Positions 61,411 through 64,000 of a DNA stretch of 64,000 bases are shown in pieces. The DNA is from Octopus sinensis (lineage: Eukaryota). The position numbers and the translations under genes are program-made. Position 1 is the first letter of the stretch; every line of letters starts with the position of its first letter. The notes below the pieces were generated by a model. The model saw only the letters and a program-made list of their open reading frames with translations. It searched no databases and was not told where the DNA came from. The stretch lies in contig NC_043010.1 of the NCBI RefSeq assembly GCF_006345805.1, positions 44,144,001 to 44,208,000 on the forward strand. The letters run 5' to 3'.

Positions 61411-62410
61411 ATGTTGCTGCTCATGTATTTTAATTTAACTTAAAAAAAAAAAAAAAAAAAAAAAAAAATGAACGAACTACTGAGTTTGGTTTAATGGCCT
61501 ACCAATATACACTATGAGTTTCTTTGCCCTAGGAGTCGGGAAGCCACTCGGCAAGAAATGGAAGAAAATTTGAAAGAAGAAAAAAAAAAAATAATAATAA
61601 TAAACCTTTCTATAATAGGTGCAAGGTTGATCATGTCAAGCCCAGTGCTTGACTGGTGCTTATTTTATCAACTCCGAAAAGATGAAAGGCAAAGTCAACC
61701 TTGGTGGAATTTGAACTCAGAACATAATGATGGAAGAAATGCTGCTAAGCATTTCATCTGACATGCTAATGATTCTACCAACTTACCACCATAATAATAA
61801 TAATAATAATGGTTTCAAATTTTGGCACAAGACCAGAAACTTCTGGGGAAGGGGTAAATCAATTACATCGGCTCCAGCGTTGTTCAACTGGTCCCTATTT
61901 CATCAACCCCGAAAGAATGAAAGACAAAACTGACCTCAGCAGAATTTGAACTCAGAATGTAGAGACATTAAATGCTACTAAGCATTTTGTCTGGCATGTT
62001 AACGATTCTGCTATTTTGCTGCCTTATAATTATTATTAATGATAACAATGATTTACTTTATTTGCCACCAGGCATCAAATGAAGGGGACAATAATAATAA
62101 TGATAATGGTTTCAAATTTTGCCACAAGGGAAGAAATTTTGGGGGAGGGGATAAGTTGATTACATCAACCCCAGTGTTTCACTGGTACTTCATTTATTGA
62201 CCCAGAAAGGATGAAAAGCAAAGTTGACCATGACAGAATTTGGAAATAATAATAATGATGACAAGGTTAAAAGTTTTGGAAGATGAGTTAATCAATTAAT
62301 CAACCCCTAGTACTTAATTTTATTGAAGCCAGATAGATAAAAGGTGAAGCTGACCTGGATAGGAGTTGAACTCAGAATGAGAATAAATGCCATAAGGCAT
62401 TTTGTTTCAT
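61175..62410 (-). mobile_element. Cluster of about five co-oriented SINE family C copies separated by (TAA)n tracts
   Basis: Copies at about 61175-61345, 61611-61790, 61810-62023, 62108-62245 and 62262-62410, each with the gatgaaaggcaaagtcaacc...gaatttgaactcagaa core. Confidence 0.85.
61348..61409. repeat. (TAA)~20 microsatellite, followed by a 27-nt poly-A at 61442-61468
   Basis: Directly visible. Confidence 0.95.
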
Positions 62411-62799
62411 GCTATGGAAGGTTTAGCAGCAAATGCTTACCAAGTGTAAGTAAGTGTAATCTTATAGATCAGGAACTGAAAATAAGTCACATTACTTTCC
62501 TCATAGTCTTTAAATTAACATGAAAAGAAACTAAACAAATGAGACTAAATGAAACCAAAGTGCCAGTGCTGAAGTGCAAGCAAAGATAGGTAATTACTGC
62601 TTCTTGTAGTGTGTAATTCTACATACGGAATATGTTAAAGATATTCTGTAAGAGAAATGACTTGTTATGCTTTGCTTAAGAAATTTATTATTACTTGGGA
62701 TATCCATCACTGTGTCAGCAGCAAAGTTAAATTAGAGATGTTACTTAAGACCGAAAATTGTTGACTTTATGGAAGGATTAACTGTGTGTGTAATAAGAA

Positions 62800-62980
62800 A
62801 AAAAAGGTGAGACAGGATGGTGTTAGATTTAAAGAGAAGGGGGGAGAAAAAGGATAAGGGGATAGGAGGGAGGCATGGATAGGAAGGAGAGGAGGATAGG
62901 AGGGAGAGGAAAATAGGAAAGGAGGGGGACGGGAGAATAAGAGGAAGAGGAGGAAGAAATGGGAAAGAGAGAGGAGGGCA
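62800..62980. repeat. Polypurine (G/A) tract
   Basis: Almost purely G/A on the plus strand; similar tracts at 59040-59110 and 59525-59740. Confidence 0.85.
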
Positions 62981-63183
62981 ATTGAGAATTGATTTGTTTC
63001 TTTGAAACTTAACAATTCAGATGAATCTTAAAAACTAAAACATTTTAAAGACCTTGCAGCAAAAACGTACCTTGTTAATTAGTGTTAAGTGCTAACTCAA
63101 TTAGCAATATTTTAGCTACACTTCACAAGTAAAGAGAAGGAAGTATTTAGTTGATAAAAATGCATCATGTTCATATAGTTTAA

Positions 63184-63401
63184 CCCTTTAGCATTTAAAC
63201 TGGCCATATCCAGCCCATATTCTACTAGTTTTATGTTCATACCAGCCAGATCTAGCCTCTCGCACCTGCCATACAATGTTACTGTAAAAATAAATAATTA
63301 CATCACTGAAATCTCAAAGCTACAAGATAATGCATGATTAATTAAAAACTGTGTAATTGAATAAGCATTACATTCAGCAGAGTAATCTGAATGCTAAATG
63401 G
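63184..63401 (+). mobile_element. Complete piggyBac-like MITE (218 bp) with TTAA TSDs
   Basis: TTAA|ccctttagcatt ... aatgctaaatgg|TTAA. Confidence 0.88.
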
Positions 63402-64000
63402 TTAAATGTTTCTTTTGCAATATTTTTGGCTCCAAGTTTGATTCTACTGCTTGACACCCTGAATAAGTGTCTTCTATCATAGCTTTAGGTCAATCCATTA
63501 CTTAGTTTAACATCACTATCTGACCCTTAAGTGCCTTTAGCAGAGTCCACTTTGTTGCAAGCATTTGCATCCATATTAAGCTGGTCTCTAGCCTGAAAAG
63601 AACCTGATATGCTGTTTTCTACCACACCAACCCACAAGTCATGATCCCCATCCCCATTAGTCACACAGGTCCTGCAAAAATGTCATGGATGCTTCTCTTC
63701 CTTGTAGTCCTAGTAAGCTGATAGAAACCCTAAGAAAGCATTTCAAACAATAGTTTTAAACTATCAGAAGTCAATATAGTATGCGCTGATTCACTGGTTA
63801 ATGTACACTTGAAAGTGACTGCTGATGAAAACCAAAATAGAGTCCTGATTCAATGATACCTTGAGGATTCACAACTCAAATTATAATTCCTCACACTCCA
63901 TACAAATATTACAAGAAAACCTTTAAAAAAACAACATTACAATGAAAATTTTCCTACAACAAAATAAGATTCTTGAACTACATAACAAAGCAAAAATAAA

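Noticed and set aside
61175-62410. CRISPR-like repeat-spacer array
   Set aside because: Eukaryotic intron; the units are 140-215-bp diverged SINEs, not short identical repeats; no cas genes.
63520-63860. Coding exon or LINE fragment near the window end
   Set aside because: Slightly GC-richer, but no frame gave a recognisable motif; left uncalled.

Overview
AT-rich animal genomic DNA, not prokaryotic. The SINE, RTE and MITE families look like those of an octopus (coleoid cephalopod); this is recognised from memory, not from a database search. Two convergent multi-exon genes are present. (1) On +, the last seven coding exons (1285-19343) of a VIP36/VIPL-type L-type lectin (LMAN2/LMAN2L family), ending in a transmembrane helix and ...GKRKRFY*. 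(2) On -, a TACC coiled-coil gene: seven firmly assembled exons (43153 down to 32617), a likely 29-nt micro-exon at 45441-45469, and several unresolved candidate micro-exons up to about 60 kb. Both spliced ORFs were assembled by hand, with consistent GT-AG sites and phases. Introns and the intergenic region are dense with transposon remnants: RTE and CR1-type LINEs (including an RTE nested inside an older RTE), three SINE-like families, mariner, hAT and Tc1 fossils, Helitrons, and TTAA and hAT MITEs. The most notable unexplained structures are double-strand-forming elements in the introns: a head-to-head inverted SINE pair, a ~430-bp quasi-palindrome, three pre-miRNA-sized hairpins and a hammerhead-ribozyme-like motif. 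No CRISPR array, rRNA or genuine tRNA gene was found. Exon coordinates were counted exactly; repeat boundaries are approximate (about +/-10-20 nt).
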